Below, in pieces: positions 40,387 through 53,930 of a stretch of DNA of 64,000 nucleotides (position 1 is the stretch's first letter; every line of letters begins with the position of its first letter). The translations under genes were made by a program, and so were the position numbers. The notes beneath the pieces are model-generated. The model ran no database searches, was not told the DNA's origin, and saw only the letters and a list, made by a program, of their open reading frames with translations. Source of the stretch: Octopus vulgaris (lineage: Eukaryota); contig OX597830.1 of the NCBI GenBank assembly GCA_951406725.2, forward strand, positions 69,874,001 to 69,938,000. Reading direction: 5' to 3'.

Positions 40387-40853
40387 TCACACTCTGTGTG
40401 TATATAAGTTATGCACATTAAATGAGTGTGTGTGTTTGTTTGTGTGTGTGTTTGTGTTAGCGTGTGCGCGCGCGTGGCTGATGTCACTGTCTGTATTCAA
40501 TTTTCCTTCGGTCGTCATCCATCCAAATGAAGTTGTCAAGCGCTCCTCATATACAATACACAGTTCATCTTGCCTTTCTTCGACTGTTTTCTTATTTTTC
40601 GTCAGTTTGTTTATTTATTACATTATATTTGTTTTCATTCTTCTGACAGATGATATTATCGAACTGAAAGCTTATACAATAGATTGTCTCTGTTCTTATA
40701 AATGTCCTGAATAAAGTTCATGATTAATACTTGTTGGTGACAGCTTGAGAAATATGGCGCCTCTGTCTGAAATTATTGTTTGGACTGACGCCCACCATGT
40801 ATATTTTGAAAGACCTGCTTGTGAACAAAGATCGTTTTGCGTGTGATGTTTTT

Positions 40854-40990
40854 ATGTATGTATGTATGCATGTATGTATGTATGTATGTATGTATGTATG
40901 TATGTATGTATGTATGTATGTATGTATGTATGTATGTATGTATGTATGTATGTATGTATGTATGTATGTATGTATGTATGTATGTACCCG
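40854..40990. repeat. (ATGT)n microsatellite
   Basis: Direct sequence. Confidence 0.97.
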
Positions 40991-41236
40991 CGTATGTATG
41001 CATATATTTATGTATCTAATCTTTACATAAACATATATATATATATAATTGTATATATATTGCATATTCTCCTCAAAAAGATTGGCCTTGTGCCTAAATT
41101 AGAATCAATTATATAAAATATACATATATTATAATTATATTATATATATTATACACTCATGCACATTACATATAAAATTATATTTATATTAAAGTGTGTG
41201 TGTGTGTGTGTATTTATATACATATATATTTATGTG

Positions 41237-41280
<44 letters not shown>

Positions 41281-41377
41281 ATCCAAACAGGAAAGCACAA
41301 AAAAAAACACAACAACGTGAGGACGTGGAACAAATATAGTATTATTGGTTTCTCAGGAAAGAAGGAAAGAAGGAGGG

Positions 41378-41410
41378 TTTAACGTTTCGAGAGGAGCTAT
41401 TCGTCGGAAA
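41378..41410 (-). ncRNA. Minimal hammerhead-like motif in a probable Penelope-type remnant (41278-41505)
   Basis: ttt-CcGACGA-atagctcctctc-GAAA-cg-TT-aaa; U4 replaced and helix II damaged. Confidence 0.5.
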
Positions 41411-41503
41411 CATAGGAGAAAGAAAGATCCAGAGAAGGGATGACAGAGGAAAAAAAATCGCCAACGGTACACACGCGGTCACATTTTGAATGACCGGAAG
41501 GAA

Positions 41504-41574
<71 letters not shown>

Positions 41575-41674
41575 TAATAATAATAATAATAATAATAATA
41601 AAGTACACATATATACATATACATAATATTATGTTATATATTTATATATCTTTTTACATATAATTTGATATATA

Positions 41675-41928
41675 TGGCTCAACGCTCAAATGTGAGGTAG
41701 CGAGTTCGATTCCCGGACCGGGCTGGATGTTGTATTTTCATGTGCACCAGTTCACTCAGCTGTAGAAATGTGTTGCGACGTCACGGGTGCCGAGCTGTAT
41801 CGACCTTTGCTTGATATGCATGGGCGACTACTGGTCTTCCATAAACAACTTTGCCCGGACTTGTGCCTTAGTGGGGAACTTTCTGGGTGCGATCCCATGG
41901 CTATTCATGACCGAAGGGGGTCTTTACC
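41675..41928 (+). mobile_element. SINE-D with D-type tail (internally deleted)
   Basis: gagttcgattcccggaccggg...cagttcactcagctgtagaaatg...gggcgactactggtcttccataaacaac...gaccgaagggggtc. Confidence 0.8.
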
Positions 41929-41959
41929 GTATATATATATATATATATATATTCTTTCA

Positions 41960-44900
41960 TTTATTTTCTTAGGGCCATGCTGGAGCATCGCCTTTGAGTT
42001 TTTTGGGGTCTTCTTTCGTACTGCTTTATGTGAAGAAGCGAGTTGGAGGAAGCTGTTCTTCTCTGTGCCTTCTTCCGCGACGTGGCCTCATCTGGGATTT
42101 GAGGTAGAAATTTGTCCAGTTGCTTTTTGAGCGTTTCCACATCGATACCTCGCAGATCTCTTAGGTTCCTTGGCAGAATGCTAATCAGTTGTGGTCCCCT
42201 GAAACCCAAATTGTTGCAATACTGGGTCCTTATCTGAGATTAAGGAGACGGCATCTATGGGGTTATGCAGTGCCATCCAGTTCGGTGATTGGTATAGTTT
42301 TTAAATCCATAGTTGGGAGCTAGACCTTCCAGAATCTTCCATATGCATATCACTACTTCTGGCCTTCTCTCCAGGGAGTAGAGCTTCATTTCTTGCAGCC
42401 TCTCCCAGTAGCTCATCTGTTTCACTGAGTCAATCTTCATTGTGTAGTGATGCTGGGTTGCCTCGAATTCCGCCTCCAAGTTGACGCTCTGTGGTGACCA
42501 CAGTTGGGAGCAGTGATCCAGGCGACTGAGAACGAATGTCCTCCATGGGAATATCAAGATTTCCTTATTTCTGGTTCTGAATGATCTAAGGATCCATCCA
42601 GCTACTCACCCGCACAGTGTTGCCATCCTAGTTATATGCACATGGCACGTTACATCACGACTCATGGGATTGCACTGCCCTCTGGTCCTATATATTCTGA
42701 TTGTAGTCTGTTTGTGGGCCGATAGCAGAGTGCTTGAAACTTATCAGTATTTAACTGCACGTCATTTTTATCAGCCCATTTATATATTGTCTGCAAGTAA
42801 TTTTGCAGTTTTACTATGTCATCAGGGTTCTTGGACACCTAGCTATTTTGTATCATCAGTGTGGCTGGTGAGAGTGGCTAACTGTACAAGTGACGGCATG
42901 TCTAAGAGAGCCACTGCATACAGTAGTGGTCCCAGTACTGTTTCCTGAGGAACTACGCTGTGGACTGATGTTTTCCCATTGGCTGCAACCGCTTGACTTC
43001 TGTCCTTTAAAATTTGTGCAGTCACTCTTCTAGTTTTCCTGTGATACCAATGTCACGTTGTGTGTGACATATCATCCCATGATCAACTTTGTCAAAGGCT
43101 TTGCCAAAGTCGAGATAGTGGTGGAGCTGCTGTTTCAGTACCCAATCATAATAGTGTAGTAGCTGTATAAGGCAACTCCTCCCTAGGCGGAAAACATGTA
43201 GTGTGTTTGTGAGCAAGTTATTCTCTTCTAGGAGCGTGATCAGTCTCCTTCTGACAATGTGTTCCATGACCTTGCTAACATGTGAAGTCAGAGAGATAGG
43301 CCTGTAATTTTTAGCATCTGCTCTGCTTCTTACTTTATGGACAGGGTATATGACACCCTCTTTTAACAGTTTGGGAAGTTTTTAGCATGCAAGGAAACTC
43401 TGAAAAAGCATCTGTAGTGGTTTTGCGAGAACTTTCTTGCATGTTTTTAGGAAAACAGATGGAAATCTATCCGGGCTGAGTTTGAGCTCATCTCATCAAT
43501 GGCTGGTACTACACCTTCCTCTTTTATGTCAATGTAATCGATGGTTGCCTTTCCCCCATATAGGTCTGCAGTGTTGAAGATTTTTTTAGGTTCGCCCACT
43601 TGTCAATTTCCCAATGGAAAAATGAAGACACTCTGAAATTGCTTATTTAGTACTTCACCTACCCTCTGGGGGATCTGCAGTTAGCGAGCCATCTTCTTCA
43701 AACAGTGGCCCTATCTTGTAATGCACTGAGGCAGACTCTTTCGCGAACTTGTTGAAGGTTTTTCTGATTTATTTTTATATTTCCTTCTGCCTTGATTTCT
43801 CTTTTTACGCTTTCCATTTCATGGGAGAGTCTGAGTTTATTTTCGGTATTTCTCGCTGCCAATATATTGTTTATTTAAGCGATTAGTGATCTTTATTCTC
43901 TGTCTCATAAGGACTCTCCTGTCTCGAGGAATGATGTCTTTGTATGTGACTGTTCTCTTCTCTGAGATAAATTTAATGCACATGGCTCGTATTATTGACA
44001 GGAATTCTTTAAGCTTCATATCAATGTCTTGCATAGAGAGATTTTTAGGCCGATTTTGCTGGATAATCTTCTATTGACTTCCAGTTACCATTGTAGAAGT
44101 TCAGGCTAAATGGAGTTTGGGTGCCATCCATGTGGAATACATCATTAATTAGTTTTGAATAGTACATTTTCAGTTCTACCATGTTGTGATCTGAGAAGAT
44201 TTTCGGTGTTATCTTCCCGTTGTGGATAAGATCTACATTGCTGGTTAGACCGAGGGCTAATATGTTATCATTCCTGATTGAGGAGAGTATTGTTTGCTCG
44301 ATGAGCAGCATTTTTATGAGTTAAGTAGGGACTCTGCTTGGTTACGCTCTTTGCATGTCATTCTTGAGATGGATGGATGGAAGCACTCCGTCGGTTACGA
44401 CGACGAGGGTTCCGGTTGATCCGAATCAACGGAACAGCCTGCTCGTGAAATTAACGTATAAGTGGCTGAGTACTCCACAGACACGTGTACCCTTAACGTA
44501 GTTCTCGGGGATATTCAGCGTGACTCAGAGAGTGACAAGGCCGGCCCTTTGAAATACAGGTACAACAGAAACAGGAAGTAAGAGTGAGAGAAAGTTGTGG
44601 TGAAAGAGTACAGCAGGGATCACCACCATCCCCTGCCGGAGCCTCGTGGAACTTTTAGGTGTTTTCGCTCAATAAACACACACAACGCCCGATCTGGGAA
44701 TCGAAACCGCGATCCTATGACCGCGAGTCCGCTGCCCTAACCACTGGGCTATTGCGCCTCCACATTCTTGAGATAATGTGACCTTCGGGCCATTTGATGT
44801 TAGGGAAATTGAAGTCACCTAATCAGAAGTATATTTTCGTTTTGATCCAGTTTTGTTAGTACTTCTTCTATCATTGTAAGACTTTCCTCAAATTTACCAT

Positions 44901-45745
44901 CATAATTTGAGGCAGCAGGTGGGCTATACAGTTTGCATATTGCCATATAAATTTGCATTAAATGCACTCTGAGTGTGTTACAGAGTTAGAGGTATGACAT
45001 CTTCACGGATGTACAATTCAATTCTACCGTGACGTCTTCCCCTTCTGTCTGCTCAGCACATAGCATACATTGACATGTGTATCTCTACGTCATTTATATC
45101 TGCAGAGAAAAATGTCTCTGTAAGTGCAATGCATATCCCTTGATTGCAAGTAGAAAGACCCCTCAGGTGTGCAATGTTTTGATTGCTGTTGCTTTGTAGG
45201 CGGCTACTAAATAAGCAATTTATTAAAAGAATTGGTGTGATTGCCGGCTTTGCAGAAATGCTGGCCATTGTGAGTCTGTTATTTGTGGCGGTCTTGTATG
45301 TGGGTGCATGCGGCTTAGTTGTGTTTCCAACCATACCAGCTGCTGCACCATATTTTGTGCCACACCTAAAAAGTTTTGTTGTTCGGTACTTGCAGCTCGC
45401 ACTGTATCCGCATACAATTTTTTGGTCTTTGTTGCAGGCATGTAGTGTGGTAAGAATGCCTCCGACCATTGTGTTTTCCTATCTTGCGTTTTGCCATGTG
45501 TAACATTCTGCCTGAGCTTTGGATGTGCAAAGCAGCCGTTCGCCCCCATTTCACCATGCCAGCAACTTTAATATGGAATTTACAAATTGTGTCTGCTTCA
45601 TGTAACGTCTTGTTTCTATTTCTCTTCCTTTTTGTTTCTTTTCTTGATACTTTTTCGATACTGGCGTCTCTTTCAACAGGCTTCACAGTTCCTTTACCTT
45701 ACCCATTCTTTTGGAAGGTGGTGTTGGGGTTACTTATCTTGTTTT
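41960..45745 (-). mobile_element. Decayed near full-length CR1/L2-group LINE (Cys/His-rich ORF1 remnant, APE endonuclease, RT)
   Basis: IALTETF, GDFNFPNIKW, SDHNMV (APE); NYRPISLTSHVSKVME, FRLGRSC, YLDFGKAFDKVDH, VPQETVLGPLL, HTDDTK (RT); SYWERL...LYSLERR; KKQLDKFLPQIPDE C-terminus. Confidence 0.9.
44371..44762 (-). mobile_element. SINE-C with E-type tail nested in the LINE, 12-bp TSD
   Basis: TSD cattcttgagat at 44359-44370 and 44763-44774; (TCCA)n terminus. Confidence 0.92.
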
Positions 45746-45751
45746 TTTAAA

Positions 45752-45897
45752 AGACCGGTACTTATTCTATCGATCTATTTTGTCGAACCGTTCAGTTGTG
45801 GGGATATAAACACACCAAAACCAGTTGTCAAGCGGTGGTGGGGCAAAAACACAAAGATACACATACATACACACGTGCGCGTGCTATACACACGCAT

Positions 45898-45940
<43 letters not shown>

Positions 45941-46441
45941 AATAATGATAATACAATAATATCTCGTAATAATAACATATATACTCCGATTTAAAGCGAC
46001 ATTTATATATAAACAATTGACTGAAAAATGATGAGCTAATCCAAACCAGAATCGAACCCACAAATCAATGAGTGAGCGTTTGGTCCAATCGGATGCGCAA
46101 GGAGCCGTGTAAGCGTTGATTTGTAGGTTCGATTCTGGCTTGGGCTAGCTCATAATTTTTCACACAATTGTTTCTATATAAATGTCGCTTTAAATCAGAG
46201 TATATATATTATTATGATTATATTATTACATAGTTATTATTGTACTTACAGACTTCCATATTCGCTTTGCTCCGTAACTTACAAAGCCTCCTGTTTCCAT
46301 CTACCAAATCCGCTCACAAGGTTTTCGTCGACCCGACGCTTTAGTAGAAGATACTTGCCCAAGGTGCCACGCAGTGGGACTGAACCCGATACCATATTGT
46401 TGGAAAGCTAACTTCTTACCACACAGCCACGCCTGCGCCTA
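45752..46441 (-). mobile_element. Old SINE-A split by an insertion in its internal microsatellite
   Basis: Tail half at 45752-45870, head half at 46285-46441. Confidence 0.78.
45967..46214. mobile_element. About 250-bp fold-back with tRNA-like core
   Basis: Arms 45967-46070 and 46114-46214; A box-like tggtccaatcgg in the loop, B box-like ggttcgattct in the right arm. Confidence 0.72.
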
Positions 46442-46679
46442 TTCCTCATCGTGGTGATGGATAAAAAAAATGCGTGAACAATTTAGGCGCGCCTGGAAGA
46501 ACAACCGTCTATGCGCGTAAGTGTGTGAGGAATTATGTATGGCTGTTGCTATTGGATCTACCAAAATTCCAAGAAGCCATTACATGTTTTTGGCAATGGC
46601 TTCTTTCAGTTTCTATTCATGTTACTTTGACCTCGGTTGCTTCGATATTATTTATGGCCTCTATGAAATGGTATGAATA

Positions 46680-46841
46680 CGTACGTACGTACGTACGTAT
46701 GTATGTATGTATGTATGTATGTATGTATGTATGTATGTATGTATGTATGTATGTATGTATGTATGTATGTATGTATGTATGTATGTATGTATGTATGTAT
46801 GTATGTATCTATGTATGTGTGCGTGCTTGTATGCGCGTATG

Positions 46842-46886
<45 letters not shown>

Positions 46887-46953
46887 CATGTGTGAGTATC
46901 TGCACACACATCTATATGATTTATGCATATATATATATATGTGTGTGTGTGTT

Positions 46954-47007
<54 letters not shown>

Positions 47008-47704
47008 GATAATTTATGTTATGCATACACATGCACACACATGCACACACACGGGCACATAGATACGTAGATACCCGTATGGTACAAATGAATAACATTA
47101 GGGTACATATAAATGCTGAGAGAAAAAAATATAAGGAAAACACACCTCATACGACAATTACGACAAAAACGTATACGAATACACACATACACACACAAGC
47201 GCAAACACACACAGACATTTACACACACACACACACATATATACATACATATGTATACACACGCTCGCGCGCACACACACATACACTCGCGCGCACACAC
47301 ACATACACACACATATACACGTGCACCCGTATATACACAATAAAATCAAAGATTACTTTCAGAGGCATCGTAGACGGGAAGCTGATCAGTTCATGATTTT
47401 TTATGAGACAAAACACTTTGTTGATGAATATTTAGAACGAACCAATTGTCTGTTAATATATGGAGAAGTTGGGGGAGGAGAAGGATTGGAGAAGGAGGAG
47501 GAGGAGGGCGGATGGGAGCGGTGGTGAGGGGTTTCTCCATTGTCGCTGGAGGTCATGTCCGTTTGTAGTCATAAAACCTAGTAAATACTTCTAGATGGAT
47601 CCTCTTGGTGTATTTGTGTGTCCGAGTGTACATGTGTGTGTGTGTGTGCGTGCTTGAAGGAGAGAGAGAGAGAGGGAGATAGAGAGAGAGGGAGAGGGAG
47701 ATAG

Positions 47705-47741
<37 letters not shown>

Positions 47742-47827
47742 ACGGGGTGTTTTAAAATGTGTATACATATATACTGCAATTTATTCATTCTGTATGCATA
47801 TGCATGCGTTTATGCAACACTAAGTGC

Positions 47828-47881
<54 letters not shown>

Positions 47882-47951
47882 CTATCTGTCTGTCTGTCTG
47901 TCCTTCTGTCTGTCTGTCCGTCCGTCTGTCTGTTCGTCTGTCTATTCGTCC

Positions 47952-48003
<52 letters not shown>

Positions 48004-48182
48004 GTCTTTTTTCTATCTATCTATCTTTATATATATATTGATGCATATGTGTATGCTTATACATACATATCTATATGTATATGCATGTTTATATATATCA
48101 TATATAAGCATCAATATATACACACACACACACACACAACATATATGTATATATATAATTAATAACGTCAAAGGGTAATCAG

Positions 48183-48262
<80 letters not shown>

Positions 48263-48319
48263 GAGAGCAAGAAGGAGAGAGAAAGAAAAAGTGATTGAGA
48301 AACTAATGCACAAATACAC

Positions 48320-48362
<43 letters not shown>

Positions 48363-48460
48363 TACGTGCATAAGTACACACAAATATACAAAAATACGTT
48401 CATACTCATACACACATATATACATCGTTACACACACACACACACACACACACGCGCGTA
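46680..48460. repeat. Mosaic of (ATGT), (TA), (CA), (AG) and (CTAT) microsatellites
   Basis: Direct sequence with short complex spacers. Confidence 0.9.
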
Positions 48461-49169
48461 TATATATAGTCACATGCATGCATAAAACGAGGACTATTAA
48501 TTCAGAACTGTAGAAACGGTGTGAATCAGTACAATATAGTTTGATAGTCAATGAAACGACTTTCTTCTCTTCTCTCTTAGTAAGCATTTAACGAAGGATT
48601 CACTCCTTTTATGTATACAGCGTTATGCTTTCATTCCCATATTCTGTCTTTCAATTTCGCACGTTAACCCGCCTCTTCCTTTTGCTCTCGCCACCTTTTT
48701 CCTGTATATTCAACCACCAACATATCATATAATGTCTACCGCGCGCGGCGTCCTTTTACGCGCACATAATTATAGTCTCCCTCTCCTATTTTTACGAGCC
48801 TTTTCCGTCTAAACGTCTTCACCTGAATCAGTCATCTGTTATATATTCCATACGCAGTTACTTCCTCTTTATACCTCCTCTTGTAGCGTTCGCCACTTAG
48901 TCAATCTTTTACTGATTTGTCCGCCATTAAACTTTAATTCTTTCCTTAGATATACCTTGAATTAACTTCCACACACAAGCTTCATTCAACTTGTTAAGTA
49001 TTCTTCTGATATAGATAGGTAAGTTAGTGTTAACGTATTAAAAGTTATAAACTTTTAATAAGAAAAAAATACAATACAATACAATAACGACTAGAAATAA
49101 ATATGTAGTGAGGAAATAAAACTAAAAATCTCTTTTCTTCACGTGTGTAATAGAGACAGCAAGAACACC

Positions 49170-50270
<1,101 letters not shown>

Positions 50271-50289
50271 ATCATTATTCTATTATCCT

Positions 50290-50586
50290 TCGACATGGTT
50301 GAACAACCAATCCTAACCGATCGGGATTCACAGTACGGGCTGAACTATTCACCCTATCGATCACTGAATACAAAACGTGGTCGGCGAGTCCTCCGTTCAG
50401 GTGATATTTCTGAGTCACCATCTCTCCCTTGTAAGCCAATCCGTTGCAAGGTTACCCATTTACAGCTGAGTGGACTGGAGCAACGTGCAACGAAGTGTTT
50501 TGTGCAAGGTCACAACGCACAGCCGGTCTGCGAATCGAAACCATGATCTCGCGATTGTGAGTGCAACACCCTAACCACTAGACCAT
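50290..50586 (-). mobile_element. Diverged SINE with D-type head and core
   Basis: cagctgagtggactggagcaacgtg...gaatcgaaacc...ctaaccactagacca. Confidence 0.7.
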
Positions 50587-50898
50587 TTGCTTAGTGGTAG
50601 GTGAAGACTTGTGTGAGGCCATGCTGTTTGCCAGACTAAGGTATTCTTCAAATGAATGGAGGTTTATGCTTGAAGATAAGGGGTTAGATTACGAGAGAAG
50701 GGTTCAGAACAGAACAAGTTTCATGCCGAAGAGTAGCTACAGAATTACACTAAAGATTCTGTTGTGCCTAGGGAGAGTAATTTTCTTTTAATGTATGTGC
50801 GTATATGTGTGTGTATGCGTATGTGCATATGTGTGTATGTATATGTGTATGCATATGTGTATGTGTGTGTGCGTGTGTGAAATACCCAAACATTTAAA

Positions 50899-50998
50899 AT
50901 GTAACACACTCACCGGTAAAATTTCCACCTATTTCTTATTTTTTTAGGAAAATAAAAATAAGAAATAAGTGAAAATTTTACCGGCGAGTGTGTTACGT
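50899..50998. repeat. About 100-bp hairpin at the end of a probable retroelement remnant
   Basis: gtaacacactcaccggtaaaatttccacctatttcttatttt / aaaataagaaataagtgaaaattttaccggcgagtgtgttac. Confidence 0.8.
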
Positions 50999-51508
50999 TA
51001 TAAGGCACAAAAAGAAAATGACTCTCCCCAGACACAACAGAATATGCTTCAACACACGAACTCATATAAAGAATCTTGCAAACCAAATCCCAAAACGAAA
51101 TGCACAAAAGATAATCTAGGAGTAACTAAGCTTGATATGGAAAGAGAGGTAAAAATAGCGGTGGACTCTCAAGGCACGAGGTTTAGACGTGAAGGGTAGA
51201 AGTGAGCTGGGGAAAGAAGAATAAAGAGTATTGATGAGGAGAGATTGCAACTGCGTGTGAGGAGAATGAGAGATGGATAGATATGAGGGAATGGACGAGG
51301 GGGTAATGTTATCAACGAAATAGCCAAACAGTGAAAGTTTCACTAAGTAAATAAATATAAAAGCTTTTTTTGTACGTTTGTTGGTAGGAATTGTTTTTAG
51401 TATTTGCCAGTAAAAATGAAAATATCTTTCACAATTCGTTGATTAATCTTGATTTGGCTTTTTTTTTCTCAATGATCCATGTATCAAATATGCTAACACT
51501 AATTTACA

Positions 51509-51833
51509 GAGGCGCAATGGCCCAGTGGTTAGGACAGCGGACTCGAGGTCGGAGGATCGCGGTCTCGATTCCCAGACCGGGCGTTGTGTGTGTTTATTGA
51601 GCGAAAACACCTAAAGCTCCACAAGGCTCCGGCAGGGGGTGGTGGCGACCCCTGTTGTACTCTTTCGCCCCAACTCCCTCTCACTCTTTCTTCCTGTTTC
51701 TTGAGTAACGCTGCGATGGACTGGCGTCCCATCCAGCTGGGGGAGGGGGGAACACATACGCCACAGAAACCGGGAAACCGGGCCCATGAGTCTGGCTTAG
51801 GCTTGAAAGGGGCGCATAAAAAAAAATAAATAA
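51509..51833 (+). mobile_element. SINE-C with V-type tail, 14-bp TSD
   Basis: TSD aacactaatttaca at 51495-51508 and 51834-51847. Confidence 0.93.
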
Positions 51834-52182
51834 AACACTAATTTACACCGTAGATGAAATTTACACTGACAGTGACGTTTTAGACTTATTCAATTTCTCA
51901 ACATTTTCATTTTCCTATGCTACAAAATCTAGAATCTTGTACATTTTTCATCTGGACTTCAATACCACTAATTCAATAAGAACGATGTAGTCTACGTTTT
52001 GCATCACCTGGTCCAGGAATCGAAACCACAATTTTATGATCATGAGCACAAAAGCTTAACTACTGAGCCACGCACTAGCGTTTTTCAGATGTACGACTCC
52101 TTAACGATTCAGATAGGGCTTCACTTTTCTCTGACTAAAAAAACAAACATATATAGAATAGATAGCAGCACTTATGATTGAC

Positions 52183-52538
52183 TCTCTTTACTCTTTTACT
52201 CTTTTACTTGTTTCAGTCATTTGATGTCGGCCATGCTGGAGCACCGCCTTTAGTCGAGGAAATCGATCCAGGCACTTATTCTTTGTAAGCGCAGTACTTA
52301 TTCTATCGGTCTCTTTTGCCGAACCGCTAAGTGACGGGGACGTAAACACACCAACATCGGTTGTCAAGCAATGCTAGGGAGACAAACACAGACACACAAA
52401 CACACACATACATATATATATATACATATATACATATATACGACAGGCTTCTTTCAGTTTCCGTCTACCAAATCCACTCACAAGGCATTGGTCAGCCCGG
52501 GGCTATAGCAGAAGACACTTGCTCAAGGTGCCACGCAG
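52183..52538 (-). mobile_element. SINE-A, 5'-truncated
   Basis: Reverse-complement consensus with a (tactcttt)n tail. Confidence 0.9.
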
Positions 52539-52953
52539 CATCACAGAAAACTATAGAGAGGCTCCCCTCATACATACGATAGCATAAACATCGTAACCAA
52601 ACAGTTAGCTAGCGCTTTATGTATTAGTCGACAGAGTAGAAACCTTAGCTAAGAAAACTGCATTTATTACCATCAAGTATCATGAGTCGAACTTCGCTTC
52701 CAACCCCAAGTACCTCCTAATTAACCCCGCTAAATCGGAAATTGGGTGTGCGAATAAACATATTTTGAGGAAAATAAACGGGATCATAAGAATGCATTCC
52801 GTTTCTCCTTATGGCTGAATACCAATAAAATAAACCAGGATAGAGGCGGAGCAAGTTTCACCCAATTCGTTATAATGGACTTTTAGCCACCTACATTGCA
52901 ACGGTTATTAGAAAGGGATTTTATGAGAAAAGGCATTATATTTTACGGAGTGC

Positions 52954-53255
52954 GGAAGCGCATGGCCTAGTAGTTAGAGCAGTGGACTCGCGGTCGAGGG
53001 ATCGCGGGTTCGAATCTCAGACTAGGCGATGTGTGTGTTTATGAGCGAAACACCTAAGCTCCATGCGATTCCGACAGAAGGTAATGACGAACTTCTGCTG
53101 ACTCTTTCGCCACAACTTTCTCACACTCTTTCCTCCTGCATCTTGCAGCTCACATGTGACGGACCGGCGTCCTGTCCAAGTGGGGAGCCTATACGCCAAT
53201 GAAACCGGGAAACCGGCACTTATGAGCTAGGCATGGCTCGAGAGGGAACGAACAA
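52954..53255 (+). mobile_element. SINE-C subfamily with V-type tail
   Basis: gcgcatggcctagtagttagagcagtggactcgcgg...gggttcgaatc...gacggaccggcgtcctgtcca. Confidence 0.85.
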
Positions 53256-53739
53256 TAACATATTTTATAACGTAACCTGAATACTAAAAGATTAAGGACC
53301 TTATCATCTAAATTTCAAGAAATTATGGATGCTGAAAGATATCGCTATCAAAACCATAAATTTCTTCCTAGGGAAAATTTTGAATATTAGTGAGGATTTC
53401 AAGTCTTTCTATATGGAATTTGGAACTGAATATCAATCAAGTTCTGCTTTTTCTTTATAAGCTGTGCACGGGACTTTTATATCGAGGTTGGGTTTTGTAT
53501 GGAATTGTTATGTCTGGAGAAATTGCCATTTTATTTCCAAGAACATGGAAGTAATTTGGTGGAGAAGTTTGAAAAGTGATGAATACTGCTGCCGGTTCGT
53601 AAGATGTGTTGAGCCATTTTGAATGAATTGAATCCCATGCAAACTGGCTGCAGTGTGTTGTTAGCGGCCGAGACAGTTAAGAAAAGGAGCTTACGTTGAA
53701 AACACTGGCGTATAAAAAAAATTCCGCAATAAAATCCAG

Positions 53740-53930
53740 TCCTTCTTGCGATGTGGTGTTTTGTATGCCTTACTGACTCTGAGAGCTATGCCAGTAGAAC
53801 CCAAGCTCCAGGCAGGGTCTCTCATTCTGAGCAGGTCAAAAGATAGAGGCCAGAATAATATGGAGCACTTCTTACCAGAAGTAAAAGTGGGTTTACGTTG
53901 TACCAAAAACCCTATCTAAAAAAGGTAAAG
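53740..53930 (+). mobile_element. Probable RTE-clade LINE 5' UTR remnant
   Basis: gcgatgtggtgttttgtatgcc...gagagctatgcc...ggcagggtctctca...caggtc...aggccaga resembles RTE 5' UTRs as recalled; not verified. Confidence 0.45.

Noticed and set aside
47321-47527. 68-aa ORF in unique-looking sequence
   Set aside because: No recognisable domain, and it ends in a purine-rich low-complexity run
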